Shown here one piece after another: positions 35,177 through 47,268 of a DNA stretch of 64,000 nucleotides (positions within the stretch are counted from its first letter, which is position 1; every line of letters begins with the position of its first letter). The position numbers and the translations under genes are program-made. This stretch comes from Haliotis cracherodii (lineage: Eukaryota): assembly GCF_022045235.1 (NCBI RefSeq), contig NW_027266270.1:28272001-28336000 (forward strand), written 5' to 3'. The notes beneath the pieces were generated by a model. That model saw nothing but the letters and a program-made list of their open reading frames with translations, was not told the origin of the DNA and did no database searches.

Positions 35177-37430
35177 GCTGTTAGAATTGGGTGAATTTTA
35201 CATATATAATCATTACATAACGTTTACATGCCTCATCCACGAAATCATGATTTAATGAATCTTTCAAGGATGTTATGACGTTTTTGTTAATGGTATTGTT
35301 ATCGTTCAGTATACCAAAGCACAATTGTAAACAACAAACGGCGATTTCCCCACGACTTTCCTTGAAAATCTTATTTGGGTCAGCTGTTGCAACATGAATA
35401 TGCAGATTACCGGGCACAGATACCTTACAGCTATTGATTCACGCGTCACTGATTTTTGTATCTGACATACTGACTACATATATATATATACACACACAAG
35501 AAAAGCTATTGCATCTTTAAGCTGGACCCCGTCTCATATATCACAATATAGGCGAAAGTTGACGTCGCGCAAAGGGAGCCGGGAACCAGCTTAATATTTG
35601 ACCTCAAGCTCCTTCCCAGTGCGTGACACCTTCGTTACAATCTCGGTGGTATAGAGAGCTCCGCGAACGGGCTATCGCTGTGAAGAGCTTGATTCGTCCT
35701 TTGCAAGTTTCTGTCAACTGGGCTACTGTTTACTGGCTGCGCATTCCAACAACGACACCAGATAGGCTCGGACTTGAGTATTATTGCCTTGAAGGGCATT
35801 TGTCAGGTTTCTTTTGAACAATGTATTTGATATTTTTCTTCTTGACATTTAAATAATGAGATATATAATTGTGTCGGATTTACGGTTATGTAATGTAATG
35901 TAATGTAATAAACAGGCATATCATGTAAGTTTCATATTTTATGATTAAGTGGCTAGGCTTTGTCGTCAGTATTTAAGGCATTTGACTGTTTAGATATAGA
36001 TAAAAAATTGGAAAATAAACAAAGGAACGGATACCACTAAGACACCTCTATTTGAATGCATAAAGTACATTTAGAAAATAACAGGCTTTTTGTGGTATAC
36101 TTACATAATTATATATGTATGTGTCAAACGAGTCTTGAATAAACGAAGGTCCAGTTGACTGTTATTTCTCGAATCTCAATGTAAATTGACAGATAATGCA
36201 TGTAAATCAATATCCCTAGATAGATAAAATGTTTGTATCAACTGGCTGCGTTAGGCCATCTTCGGAATGTAATCGATAACTGAACAGATTAGGTAATATT
36301 AATACAGTATCGTGCATTGTGTAGCTGAAATATATTTGAGTGTTAATTATGACCAACATGCGAAATCTTATTTTACTGCGCGGTCAGCAAGTTTTGTCAA
36401 ATCATTATGAAATCTATCTTATTTGTGTGGTTGTGGTGGAAGTGGGATATTTTAGAGCCTCGGAATTTTTCAACTTTTATCAACTCGTGTTGATATATTT
36501 GATATCAAAAGATACGAGGGTAAGATTTTATTTATCACCCAACATCATTCTTTCAACTTTTTCATTTGTAGACAGTAATTAGCCCTGTCTTCAGTGTAAA
36601 AAGTACTGCAAACAGCTTCAGTAGCAGTAGACGACATGGTAACCAGTGACGTCACAATGGTCTGCAAAGCATTGGGATGTAATTTCATTGCAGCGATATC
36701 TACAGTGTAGATATCGCTTGATGTCATCCAAGCGATATCTCCCGTGGGAGCCAGTTTTGGATGATATATCCTGTTTACAGTAAATATGAAATCGTGTCCT
36801 GCCTCCATTGTCAATATATATTTTTATTATATCTGTAGACGAGGGGCAGTCTTTTTCACGAATAAATATCTATTCTGAATATTATTGAGCAGCATCCCGT
36901 TTAGTCAGTCAACCAAGTCTGACCACCCAATCCTTTAAGTCGCCTCGTAAGACAAGCATGTTGAGTGAATATATGTGAATACTGCAGTTTTTTATTTGCG
37001 TGTGTATTTTTAATCTCTCAATCAGTGAAATATTTACCGGTATTCGCCTGAGGAATCATTTCTCAGGTTTCACATCTTGTCATTTTGTCATAACCATGTT
37101 GCATGAAGCATAACAAAATTTACAGTAAACACAGACGCAGACACAGACAGTATATATGTGTCTTTTATTTAGAGTATAAAAAGACATCAAAACGTGAAGG
37201 TATAAAAACAAACTTCATTGATGTACTGGAATAGAACACCATCAACACCATTGAGCCTCGGTTAGTGAATGAGTGCATAGCGTTTAACGCCGTATCAGCA
37301 ATGTTTAATTAATTAATTGATGGAAAAGTACCATACCAATACCGCTCAGCTTAATATCAAAATACGTTACGAGTGCGCGCATTGTCAAGGTCAGTAACTT
37401 TTGGCACACGCAGAGACTGGTCCAATATTT

Positions 37431-37600
37431 CCTATTTAGAGGAGCATATATATGGACAGTTTCAGTCATGCCTATTTAGAGGAGCATATATATGGACAGT
37501 TTCAGTCATGCCTATTAAGAGGATCATACATATGGACAGTTGCAGTCTTGCCTATTTAGAGGAGCATATATATGGAAAGTTTCAGTCACACCTATTTGGA
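37431..37600. repeat. 40-bp tandem repeat, ~4 copies
   Basis: CCTATTTAGAGGAGCATATATATGGACAGTTTCAGTCATG units. Confidence 0.9.
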
Positions 37601-37762
37601 GAAATTATTAGCGCAACAGTCCCTCAATGTCAATGTGGACGCTTTGAAGAGAACTCTTTGGAGCTAATTATTTATTAATTTACGGATGGCTAATTAGAAT
37701 GCCGTACATATCTGTTTTATAGGTCATGGGTAGCCAATGAGAATACCGTATATCTGTTTTGT

Positions 37763-37993
37763 GAGTAAGAGGTGAGTTGGGTTTTACGTGTCAGCGTAAT
37801 GTGGGAGGAAAGCCCGAAGTGATGCAGATCTCAGACGTTTACCACTTCGGTGAAACCCACGAGCAAGGGTATGGTGCTGACAAACCTAGAACCGGGATTC
37901 GAACCCACAATCATAGGTTTTTGTCGAGCCCAAGGGACGCAACTCCTTAGACTAATCGCGACGCCTCAGACGATTGGGCCACCCGTGTCCCTC
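37763..37993 (-). mobile_element. SINE family B
   Basis: Reverse-strand copy with 10-bp TSD TCTGTTTTGT (37753-37762, 37994-38003). Confidence 0.8.
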
Positions 37994-38421
37994 TCTGTTT
38001 TGTAGGTCTTGATTAGCCATTTATAATAATGTACATGTGTATTGTAGGTGGTGGTAAGCTGATTAGAACACCTTATAGCCAATTAGAATATCCTATAACT
38101 GTATTGCAGGCTACGGTTTGCAAGTAAGAATACCGTACATAACTCTCATAACCCTATAACTTTTTAAATCAAGATTTTAACGGGTTTTTAACATTTATTT
38201 TTAGACATCTGCTGAGGTAAAAAACTTGTTTATACTATGGGAATGTTGTGTTGTGAAAGTTGTGAGACGATAGCTCATTTCATGTGTTTAGACCTGAACG
38301 TGTTCAGATAAAAACGTTTAAACACATTCGTAAACATGTTTAGATCTAAACATGTGAAGTATGCGTTTACATCCAAACCACATTGCAACAAGCGGCCTGC
38401 TTCATTCGTATCCGTGGAAGA

Positions 38422-39426
38422 CTACATCTGACTTGTCTCCACTTCAGGTGAGGGAGTGTGCTTGTAGGATTGCCACAGTTTCATGGTCAGATCTGCAGCC
38501 ACGGGTTCTCTGTCCGTGGACTGTGCCAGGAGGAGGTTCAACAGGTAGTCCTTCCCCAGATACTCCTTTACAAACGCTTGCTGCTTCTCCGATGAATAGG
38601 AATCATTGACTCCGGAGGCCAGAATGTACAGCTTGATCTTCCCTGCAGTCAGCTGGGGAACATGGAGCAGTAGAACCCACACGATAAGACTTACCAGGTT
38701 TGCCACGGCCAGGATCAGAAGCCAGTAGAAGAGGAACATGTACACCTTGAGATATAAGGCATTAATGTGAAGGGCACACTGATAATGTTGGGTGCTTTCG
38801 CCTTGAATATCAAATCGACACTTTGCATATCGTGGAAAAGGAGTCTCCGATGTACCTTTGGAGTATGTGTCCCTGATTGCATTGAAAGGTTTATCCGGTG
38901 AAAAAAGCATTGAGATTAATACTAATTGGATGAAGGAGTTTAGAAGGTACAGAGCTTTCTTTAACATGAATATTACGGTGTTCTTGATGCTGGGTGCTGG
39001 GGGGGATGCCACTCGGGACATAAACGTAGCGTCCGAGCTGGTGTCGGGTTTGCAGTTCTCTGCACAAAGGAACAGGAACTCCGAGTATGATCCGAGGAGT
39101 CTCTTGAGGAACTGCGCCAGCAGATGGGGTGCAATGAAGGCGAAGGCCTGGTAGAACATAAACAGTGGCACGAAAGTGTGGTAGGAGAATGTGTTTTCGT
39201 AGTAATACTGTGTGTTGAATGATCCTTCATCAAGGCAGTATTTGAGAGCATATTGTAAGGTGCCGGCTTTTGTCTGTTCGTCTGCTGGTAGACAGGTAAT
39301 GGCGGCATCTGGAAAGACGGCGATGTAGACAATGGCGGCTATCCCAACCACCACTAAGATAAGCAGGGTCCAGATGCGGTTAAGGCGATCAACATCATCC
39401 TCGTCTCTCCGTCGTTTCCAAAACAT
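38422..39426 (-). CDS. inx: Innexin (gap junction/hemichannel family), divergent, single coding exon, ~334 aa
   Basis: DDVDRLN before TM1, four hydrophobic helices, two Cys in each extracellular loop (ITC..KYC; FPRYAKC..QCALHIN), TM4 KVYMFLFYW, C-terminal FVKEYLGKD. Acceptor TTTTGTTTCAG directly precedes AAGATG (ATG at 39426), so the ORF-track N-terminal extension is probably intronic. AATAAA on the minus strand at 38194-38199. Confidence 0.9.
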   Translation of the reverse strand: MFWKRRRDEDDVDRLNRIWTLLILVVVGIAAIVYIAVFPDAAITCLPADEQTKAGTLQYALKYCLDEGSFNTQYYYENTFSYHTFVPLFMFYQAFAFIAPHLLAQFLKRLLGSYSEFLFLCAENCKPDTSSDATFMSRVASPPAPSIKNTVIFMLKKALYLLNSFIQLVLISMLFSPDKPFNAIRDTYSKGTSETPFPRYAKCRFDIQGESTQHYQCALHINALYLKVYMFLFYWLLILAVANLVSLIVWVLLLHVPQLTAGKIKLYILASGVNDSYSSEKQQAFVKEYLGKDYLLNLLLAQSTDREPVAADLTMKLWQSYKHTPSPEVETSQM

Positions 39427-39595
39427 CTTCTGAAACAAAATTATAGATTTATATAACGCGTCAGTGTGTTGTTGTACGCCGTTTTGAACAAGTATTACAT
39501 TTAGATCAGTGGTTTCAAACCAACACTCATCCTGATTAGGACCACTCATTACGTCCAACAATACAAACCACTCTAACCGTCATAGTTCTACTCAG

Positions 39596-39764
39596 TGAGT
39601 GATTGAGTGAGTATGGTTTTACCCCGCTTTTAGCAATATTCCAGTAATATCACGGCGGGGGACCCGGGAAATGAGCTTCACACATTGTACCCATGTCGGG
39701 ATTCGAACCCGGGTCTTCGGCGCGACGAGCTAACGCTTTAACCACCAGGCTACCCGACCGCTCC
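39596..39764 (-). mobile_element. SINE family A, full length (tRNA-derived head)
   Basis: 13-bp TSD TAGTTCTACTCAG (39583-39595, 39765-39777), A/B boxes, (ACTC)n tail. Confidence 0.9.
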
Positions 39765-41972
39765 TAGTTCTACTCAGAAAACGAACAGCATCCATCACTA
39801 AATAGGGTTTCACAAAATTTAAGAAAATACCTCTCTCCGACATAAAATGTTTTCTAATACTCCCTAATAGGCAGTATCAATAGATAGGGGTTGAACAAGA
39901 AAAAAACGGGGGAAAATGGTTCCCCACTGAAGTATACCTATTATAGACTTTGACGATCTACACCAAATATTTGACAACTTGACAAATTGTTCTAGTTACC
40001 TATCAATTATTGAGTGTGTGGGCGTGCATGGGTGAATGTAGGGATTGGGTGGGCTTGGGACATATACCAGTAATCTTTCCTCTGAAACGTTTGTTTCTCT
40101 TCTCTTTCATCAGCTGGCCGTCGGTTATCCAAGTGGTTCAATCGAATGCTCGGCTCGCCAAAGGCACGGGTTCGATTCCCAACATGGGAAGATGTATGTG
40201 AAGACAATTTCTGATCGTGATTTTGATGGAATATTGCAATAAGCCGAGTAAACACATAGTCTAATTGTTACACGTTTAATTATGGTTGCAAAACATGAGG
40301 CAAAATGTTAAATATCAGTAATAATCAAACTTTCAAAATAAAATCCAGATTATTCCCTCAAATATCAGCACAGGAGCATGTAAGGTAAGGTGTTTAGTTC
40401 AAGCACGATCTGCAGTAACATACCGTGCAGGAGATGTCCACCCATTTAACGTTTTCCTGGTCAGTGCAACATTGTTTGTGTGCGTGTTTGATCTAGAAAA
40501 GAAAGAATCCACCCACTTCCCACCACACACACGAACTATGAAGGAAATTTGATGGCTGACGCTGCTGGGACTGTATTATCTGTAATATATATTGCTTCTC
40601 GGCTAGACTGTGTTTGCTAACAGAAGCGGGGTCCTTCCCTACAATGCCCCAATACGTTCCCACCAGAATTCTTTTTTAAGAACCATTTTGATTTCACCAA
40701 AATATGTCACAGCTGACTAAAAACCACTATCTATATTACTCTTTTAAGCCCATTGTCTAATGCAGTATAACCTTTCAAAAACGGATGACCAGTGCAGTAA
40801 AACCTTGAAAGAGAAAGTTACATGCTTGTAGCTACCGCGTGTATAGCAATGACCACTTCCGGTTAAATGTTCTCTGGTTGATAGCAAATAAGACGGAAAT
40901 GTGCTGTTCCTGTGTGATGACTTTGACCCTCAATTGCATCGAATCACGCGCTTGTTTATTTCCCTTTGAAAACATGAGTGCTGGTGTCTTAAATAAATGT
41001 CATACATAAATTTACATAGAGGTTGGTTCAGTATACAAACTATCTTAAAAATGAAGATTGCTTGAAAACTTACCACTACAATGCCAAGGATAAGATGATA
41101 TGATATTTTGGAGGGTGATTCTTAAATTGAATTTCAGTTGCAAGTACTTCAAGAACATCACATAGGGCTAATCCTGGACATAAACCAAATTGGTGGACCT
41201 CAGTGTAACGACAAAAATATTGTAGGTCACTCTGACCCACAGTTGATCATAATAAGATTGTGAGACTGTTGTGATTGCAATCATACCAACTTTCAAACAT
41301 GACAACTACATGCATAAGACTGCAGAAAAAGGGATTTTTGTGATAGTGGCAAACATACTTTACGTATGACCTTCACTGCGACCTTGACCTTATATGTCTG
41401 ATCTCGGCCCCGCCCTACAATGTAAAAAAATGTGTTAAAACACAAGACATGTTTAGATCTAAATATGTTTAGGAATGTGTTTAAATCCTATACGGAATAC
41501 ACATTTGGCGTTTAATACCTGAAAACTATTCTGGTCTAAACAAACGAAATGAGCTATTTGCCACAGCCTAAACACCACCTAAACTCAACATCCCTATAAT
41601 CTAAACATGCTTAAATTTAAATCATGTTTACGAGAAAATGCATATCATTGTGTATTATGCCAATAATCTAAATATGTTTAGTAACTAAACATGTTTAAAT
41701 AAAATGTATATAATTGGTCCGTAAGTTAAATATGGATAAAATGTAAAATTTTGAAATAAGAATTGCAAATCAGTACCAAACATACCTCCAGGACGTACAG
41801 CGAACTTAAATTGGTACAATATTTGCATAAAGTGTAAAAATAAAACCAGGCCAAGATAATGGCGACTAGGAAAATAGGAACGTCTTAAGGTTTGTGTTAA
41901 GGCTTTTGACGTAACATATCAACGTGTCAAAACAATTCCACTTGGTACAGAAGGAGATCCACATGGTATGAT

Positions 41973-42244
41973 TCTTTTGTTTGTTTGTTTGTTGTTTAAC
42001 GCCGCACTCAGCAATATTCCAGCTATATGATGGCGGTCTGGTAATAATCGAGTCTGGACCAGTCAATCCAGTGATTGACATCATGAGCATCGATCCACGC
42101 AATTGGGATACGATGTCATGCATCAACCAAGTCAGCGAGTCTGACCACACGATCCCGTTAGTCGCCTTTTACGACAAGCATAGTCGCCTTCTACGGCAAG
42201 CATGGGTTACTGAAGATCTATACTACCCCGGATCTTCACGGGTC
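41973..42244 (-). mobile_element. SINE-like family C, full length
   Basis: Reverse complement of the 33721 element; TSD TGGTATGAT (41964-41972, 42245-42253). Confidence 0.85.
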
Positions 42245-44104
42245 TGGTATGATATATAGCCCTGAGGATGGTTCATTTTGTTCGTGCATAATACTGCAAA
42301 AAAGTGACGTAATCCCCTCGATTTCACAAGGTAAATACAAAATATCCTAAATATTCAAAGCGTTCAGTATTTTCGAATATGGACGTCGTGCAACTCATAT
42401 CTGACTCTGACCTTCACCTTCTAAGCTTTAGTGATGCTGAAGCGCTTGTGACTTTAGGTTTAGTTTCTCTGATAAACGCCTCAGCGATCCTACATTCAGT
42501 TTCCCAGTTCACGATCTGATCATCGGTATTATGCATCACACGCTATAAGCCTGATACAGGCCTGAAAGTTAACGCAGTGCATTTTGAATACCACACATAC
42601 TTAAGCCAAAACAGAGCCAGGGAACCGGTCCTCTGCAATATACAAAACGAACAGATTCCATTTGACAGAAAATGGGAAATAAGGAAAAATAATGCCCGTC
42701 TTTAGAAACAACCCGAACCAACTGATATTTGCACGAACGTAAATACCTGAATGTGAAGTCGTGAGATTCACCACCTGAGGAGCAGTCGGGGGAACAAATA
42801 TACCTGTTATAATTCTCGGTAACAATCTGAATGTTTCCTCCCGCGCCTCGCGTGTAAGAATCTATTAATAGAACAGACGCGCCAGGGATGTCAGGGCCCT
42901 CTTCGAATGAAACTTAGAACTGTATCTGACAGCATCGTATGTGTAGCTACTACGTAGCACTAAAAGCAAATGTTTACACTTTGAAATTGTTACCAAAATA
43001 CAATGTTGTTCTTCTTTCCAGAACGTGGTAGGGACATCTTTGTTATCCCTGTTTTAGAATATTGTACGGGCCTGCTTGTGTTTGGCCTGTGTCTGATAAT
43101 CGTTGTAAGTGTTAGAATTGATTTTCCCGAGAGGACTAACGGCATCAGGTGGTCAGGCTAGATGACTCGGTTGATGCGTAGATCGATGCTCATGATGTCA
43201 TCACTCGATTGTCTGGTCCAGACTCGATTATTTACAGACCGCCGTCATACAGTTGGAATATTGCCGAGTGCGGCGTTTACCAACAAAGAAAACAAATGTA
43301 AGTGTTTAAGAAATACATTTACTGCAACTGTAGATTTAAATCTTCCCTTTTTTAGCTACGTCCCTTATATAACTAGTTCACCTGCTCATATCACGGGTTA
43401 ACGACTGTCGTTCGTTCGTGAGTGAATTATTTTTATGATATGAGTATTTTCTGATTCAGCTACGAGGACCTCAGTCCTAACGTGTATCGTTCAAGACTGT
43501 TTCATACAGTATGACAGTTTGACATGGATGCTATCTTCATGGCTTTCCCTGTCACCACAACGCTTCTGTTCGAGAAGCAATATATTCTGCAGACAATACA
43601 GTCCCATCATCAGACTTAACGTCTCATTAAACATTAACCCCAAGAGCTGTTCACCATATACACCCTTAACTACAATTTGTCCGACATAGCATAAACAGTT
43701 ACAAATTGTTTTTTACCTTTGTTATTTAACATCGCCGTCAGCAGTAATCCAGCATTATCACAACTCTTTTTTAAATAATCGATCCTCGACCAGACAAACC
43801 AATGATTGATATTATCAGTAACGACACACGCCGCTGGCAATCACCCAAGGTACCGAGTCTTATGGGTGACTTTAAGGGATACTTATTCTTTTCATTTACC
43901 AAGGAGTGAATTATTTATATCATAAAATCAATTTTAAGGTATCAATACAACATTTCAAATTTGTCATCTGTTTAACTGATTTAATGATATCAAAATATCG
44001 AATTTGTGATATCAATAAATCAATTATTCATAATAGACAATAACGAATGAATAGTAAAAAGCCCACTGCGCCTCATACGGACTCGATTATTTACATGCCA
44101 CCGT

Positions 44105-44253
44105 TGGGGAGGTCGGTAGCCTAGTGGTTAAAGCGTTGGCTCGTCACGCCGTAGACCCCGGTTCGATTCCCGATATGGGTACAATGTGTGAAGCCCGTGA
44201 TATTGCTGGAATATTGCTAAAAGCGGCGTAAAGCCATACTAACTCACTCACTC
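44105..44253 (+). mobile_element. SINE family A nested in a family C remnant
   Basis: 12-bp TSD ACATGCCACCGT (44093-44104, 44254-44265). The flanks read as a family C tail (GACTCGATTATTTAC..CCGTCAT). Confidence 0.85.
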
Positions 44254-44811
44254 ACATGCCACCGTCATGTAGTCGAGAACCGCCACACAAACATATGAAT
44301 TTGCACATACTGACGTGGTGAGGGTGCACCAACGCTACAGCGAGGAGTGACATAGTTTACATTGCCTATCCCAGTACAGAGCTATATTCTAAATAGTATG
44401 ACGGAATGTAAGCAACGCGCCCTGTCACAACAAGACTACAGCATAATGTGTAAAGGTCTTTGGTTATAAAACTTGTATTGGTTTCATTCCCACCTGTATT
44501 TGATATATGGCTGCATGGAAGGGGATTTTCCCTGATAAGAATAACAAGTGTCGACATTCGGGTTTAGTGTAATATAGTTTATAGAATAACAAGTGAACTA
44601 ATTCATTATCTATATTCTGATGGCAGGAGAGCTGGTGGTCTGGCTCTGATACTTGGTTGACAGTGTTTCATTCTACCCCGACGCGTAATTCAAGCGGCAT
44701 GATGCTGTGGATGTTAGTGTTGTAGATGCGGAACAACGATGTTTGTTTGTTGTTTAACACCGCACTCATATGGATTTGAATGTTTGTCAGGCACGGTGAC
44801 TTGGTTGACCA

Positions 44812-45063
44812 TGTTTTGTTTGATTATTTGATTGTTGTTTAACGACGCAGTCAGCAATATTGTAGATATATGACGACCGTTTGTAAATAAACGAGTCTGG
44901 ACCAGACAATCCAGTGATTGATGTCACGAGCATCGATCTGTGCAATTGATATACGATGACATGCATCAACCAAGTCGGCGAGCCTGACCACCAGATCCCG
45001 TTAGTCGCCTCTTCTGACAAGCATGGTTTGCTGAAGACCAATTCTAACCCGGATCTTCACGGG
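44812..45063 (-). mobile_element. SINE-like family C
   Basis: Reverse-strand copy ending at ...GGATCTTCACGGG. Confidence 0.8.
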
Positions 45064-46050
45064 ACAATTTGTCATCAAGAGACCCAGTAACATGTTCAGG
45101 CATTAGATCAAGTATCTGAGTGTTTTTTATTTGTAATAACACTCAATAATGCCTGGACAGTTGCTGGGTCTGTGATTACGGGAATGGTGTCACCACAACC
45201 CTGAAATGGTAATAGTGTAGAGATGTTGGGTGGCAGACTCTGGGGCATGTTGGGGATGTACTCGCGTGTTTTACAGGTTGTGTGTGTGTGTGTGGCGGGG
45301 CTTCTGTTTTGTAGATGTTAGACCCTGGGGCGTAGGACAATGGGCTTGGTGTTTTTTGGGACAAATCTGGTGTAAGCTGCAGTATATCGCGTATGTAATG
45401 GTGGCAGAAGCTGATATGACTCGGAGATGATAGACCCTGGGGCGACGGACACTGTGCTTGTTGTGTTTTTGGGCACATTATGTGTGAGCTGCAGTATATA
45501 CTTGGATATAATGGTGGCAGAAGCTGCTGATTCTATCACGTGTGTTAATGTTGCCACAGACACTGAGCTTGTTGCAAACAAAGGAACCCATGAACTACGA
45601 GTGACATCTGAACAAGGAGCAAAGGCATCGTCAGGTATATAGGCTGGGTGGGGCGGTGAAATGCCCGTGAACTTTAATCACTCATAGCCTCTGAGCCACA
45701 GACTACAATGAAGGGGCAGTCCTAAAACCGTGAAGATCAAAGGTAGAATAGGTCTTCAGCAACCCATGCGTCTTCCATCCAACCCCTTTCTTGAGTAGTC
45801 CAGAAGCTCCGGTGGGGCCATATGATGGATGGAATGACAACAAAAGTTTTTCTCCCTTAAAACCTTAGCACTAACACAGACAGTGACGTTTTCCCGTGAA
45901 GTGCTGACGCGGGAATGCATGTTCTTAAAAAATTGGTGCCTTTTTGCCCTAATACTTTTGTGGGGTTGTGTTAGAAAAAAAACACTCTCATGGATGACAG
46001 TTGGATGGGGAATTTCATTCTGGTGGAGAATTACACCAAGCTCTCTGTTA

Positions 46051-46605
46051 CGGTGGCCCATAAGGGACATTAACACGATTTGTCATACAAATATGTGATA
46101 AATCATGTATAAAAACAACTGAAAACATGGAAAATGTACTTTCAAGTAGCTATTGAGTCGCTGAAATGTGAAGCGAAAATGTCAAAAACTAATATGGAAA
46201 TGTCAAAAACCAAAACGAAAATGTCAAAAACAAAAGCGAAAATGTCAAAAACTTAAATGAAAATACAGAAAACTATTTCCACCGCGGTGTAAATATTATC
46301 ACCGCGGTAGAAATATTATCACCGCGGTAGAAATATTATCACCGCGGTAGAAATATTATCACCGCGGTGGAAATAGTTTTCTGCATTTTCATTTTAGTTT
46401 TTGACATTTTCGTTTTTGTTTTTTGACATTTTCATTTTAGTTTTTGACATTTTCGTTTCACTTTTCAGCGATGCAATATCTTCTTTACACATGATTTATC
46501 ACATATTTGTGAGACAAAACGTGTTAATTTGCAAAAGGTAACGATAAAAGTAAGTGAAATATTAAAATATGGAAAAACAGACGCCATGTCCCTTATGGGC
46601 CACTG
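46051..46605. mobile_element. Foldback-type MITE, Tc1/mariner-like termini (TA TSD)
   Basis: TA-CGGTGGCCCATAAGGGACAT ... ATGTCCCTTATGGGCCACTG-TA. Internal inverted arrays of GAAAATGTCAAAAAC; centre has five ACCGCGGT cores spaced 20 bp apart. Confidence 0.85.
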
Positions 46606-47268
46606 TACTCTGTAGTATTTTTGGACAACATGCACGTCCATGCATTTGGATATGTATGAGCCATGGTATTCCGGGCCGTCTTCGAGTGAAACAGGGAATG
46701 TTTTCCTTTGCGCTAAAATGACCGTTTCACGGGCAATTTGTGGCACTTGATCTCCGAAATAGCGAGTGAGTTAAGGCTTTATGTCGCTTTTAAAAAAAAA
46801 AAAAATAGATTGTCTGGTCGAAGATGTGATTATTTACAGACCGCCATCATACAGCTGAGTGTGGCGTTAAACATTTAAACAAACTGAAATTAGATTTTCA
46901 TTTTCTTGAATTTGAGATACAAACCTGGAATACGAGAGCGATTTTTATCTTTTGAGCGTTTCAGCTTTCAAAAGAAGAGCCGACAAGCTCTTTCGAGTTT
47001 TCCGCCTCTTGGTGTTTAAGAAGCATCAAAAGTATAATTGTCAAGAGGAACAAGTCCCAAACCTGCATATAGAGCTGACATTTCAAGGATGATCAATATT
47101 GCAGGTGAACCTGAGATTCATACCCACAACTAACTAGCGGATACTTGGATGTATCTGTGGACAGTATTGGTCACGGCAGTGGCATCAAATAATGATGTTA
47201 AGAAACAAAGACACCCAAAAAAGACGTATGATATATTTAATGAATGTTTAAATTCGACATCTGACAAA

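Noticed and set aside
35520-35830. CpG-rich patch next to the tRNA gene as a Pol II promoter
   Set aside because: No linked exon or gene could be identified from sequence alone.
39427-39561. 45-aa N-terminal extension of the innexin in the ORF track
   Set aside because: It starts at a non-ATG codon and crosses a strong splice acceptor immediately before the ATG at 39426; probably intron.
46281-46368. Regularly spaced ACCGCGGT palindromes resembling a CRISPR or operator array
   Set aside because: The spacers are essentially identical, so this is a tandem repeat within a MITE.
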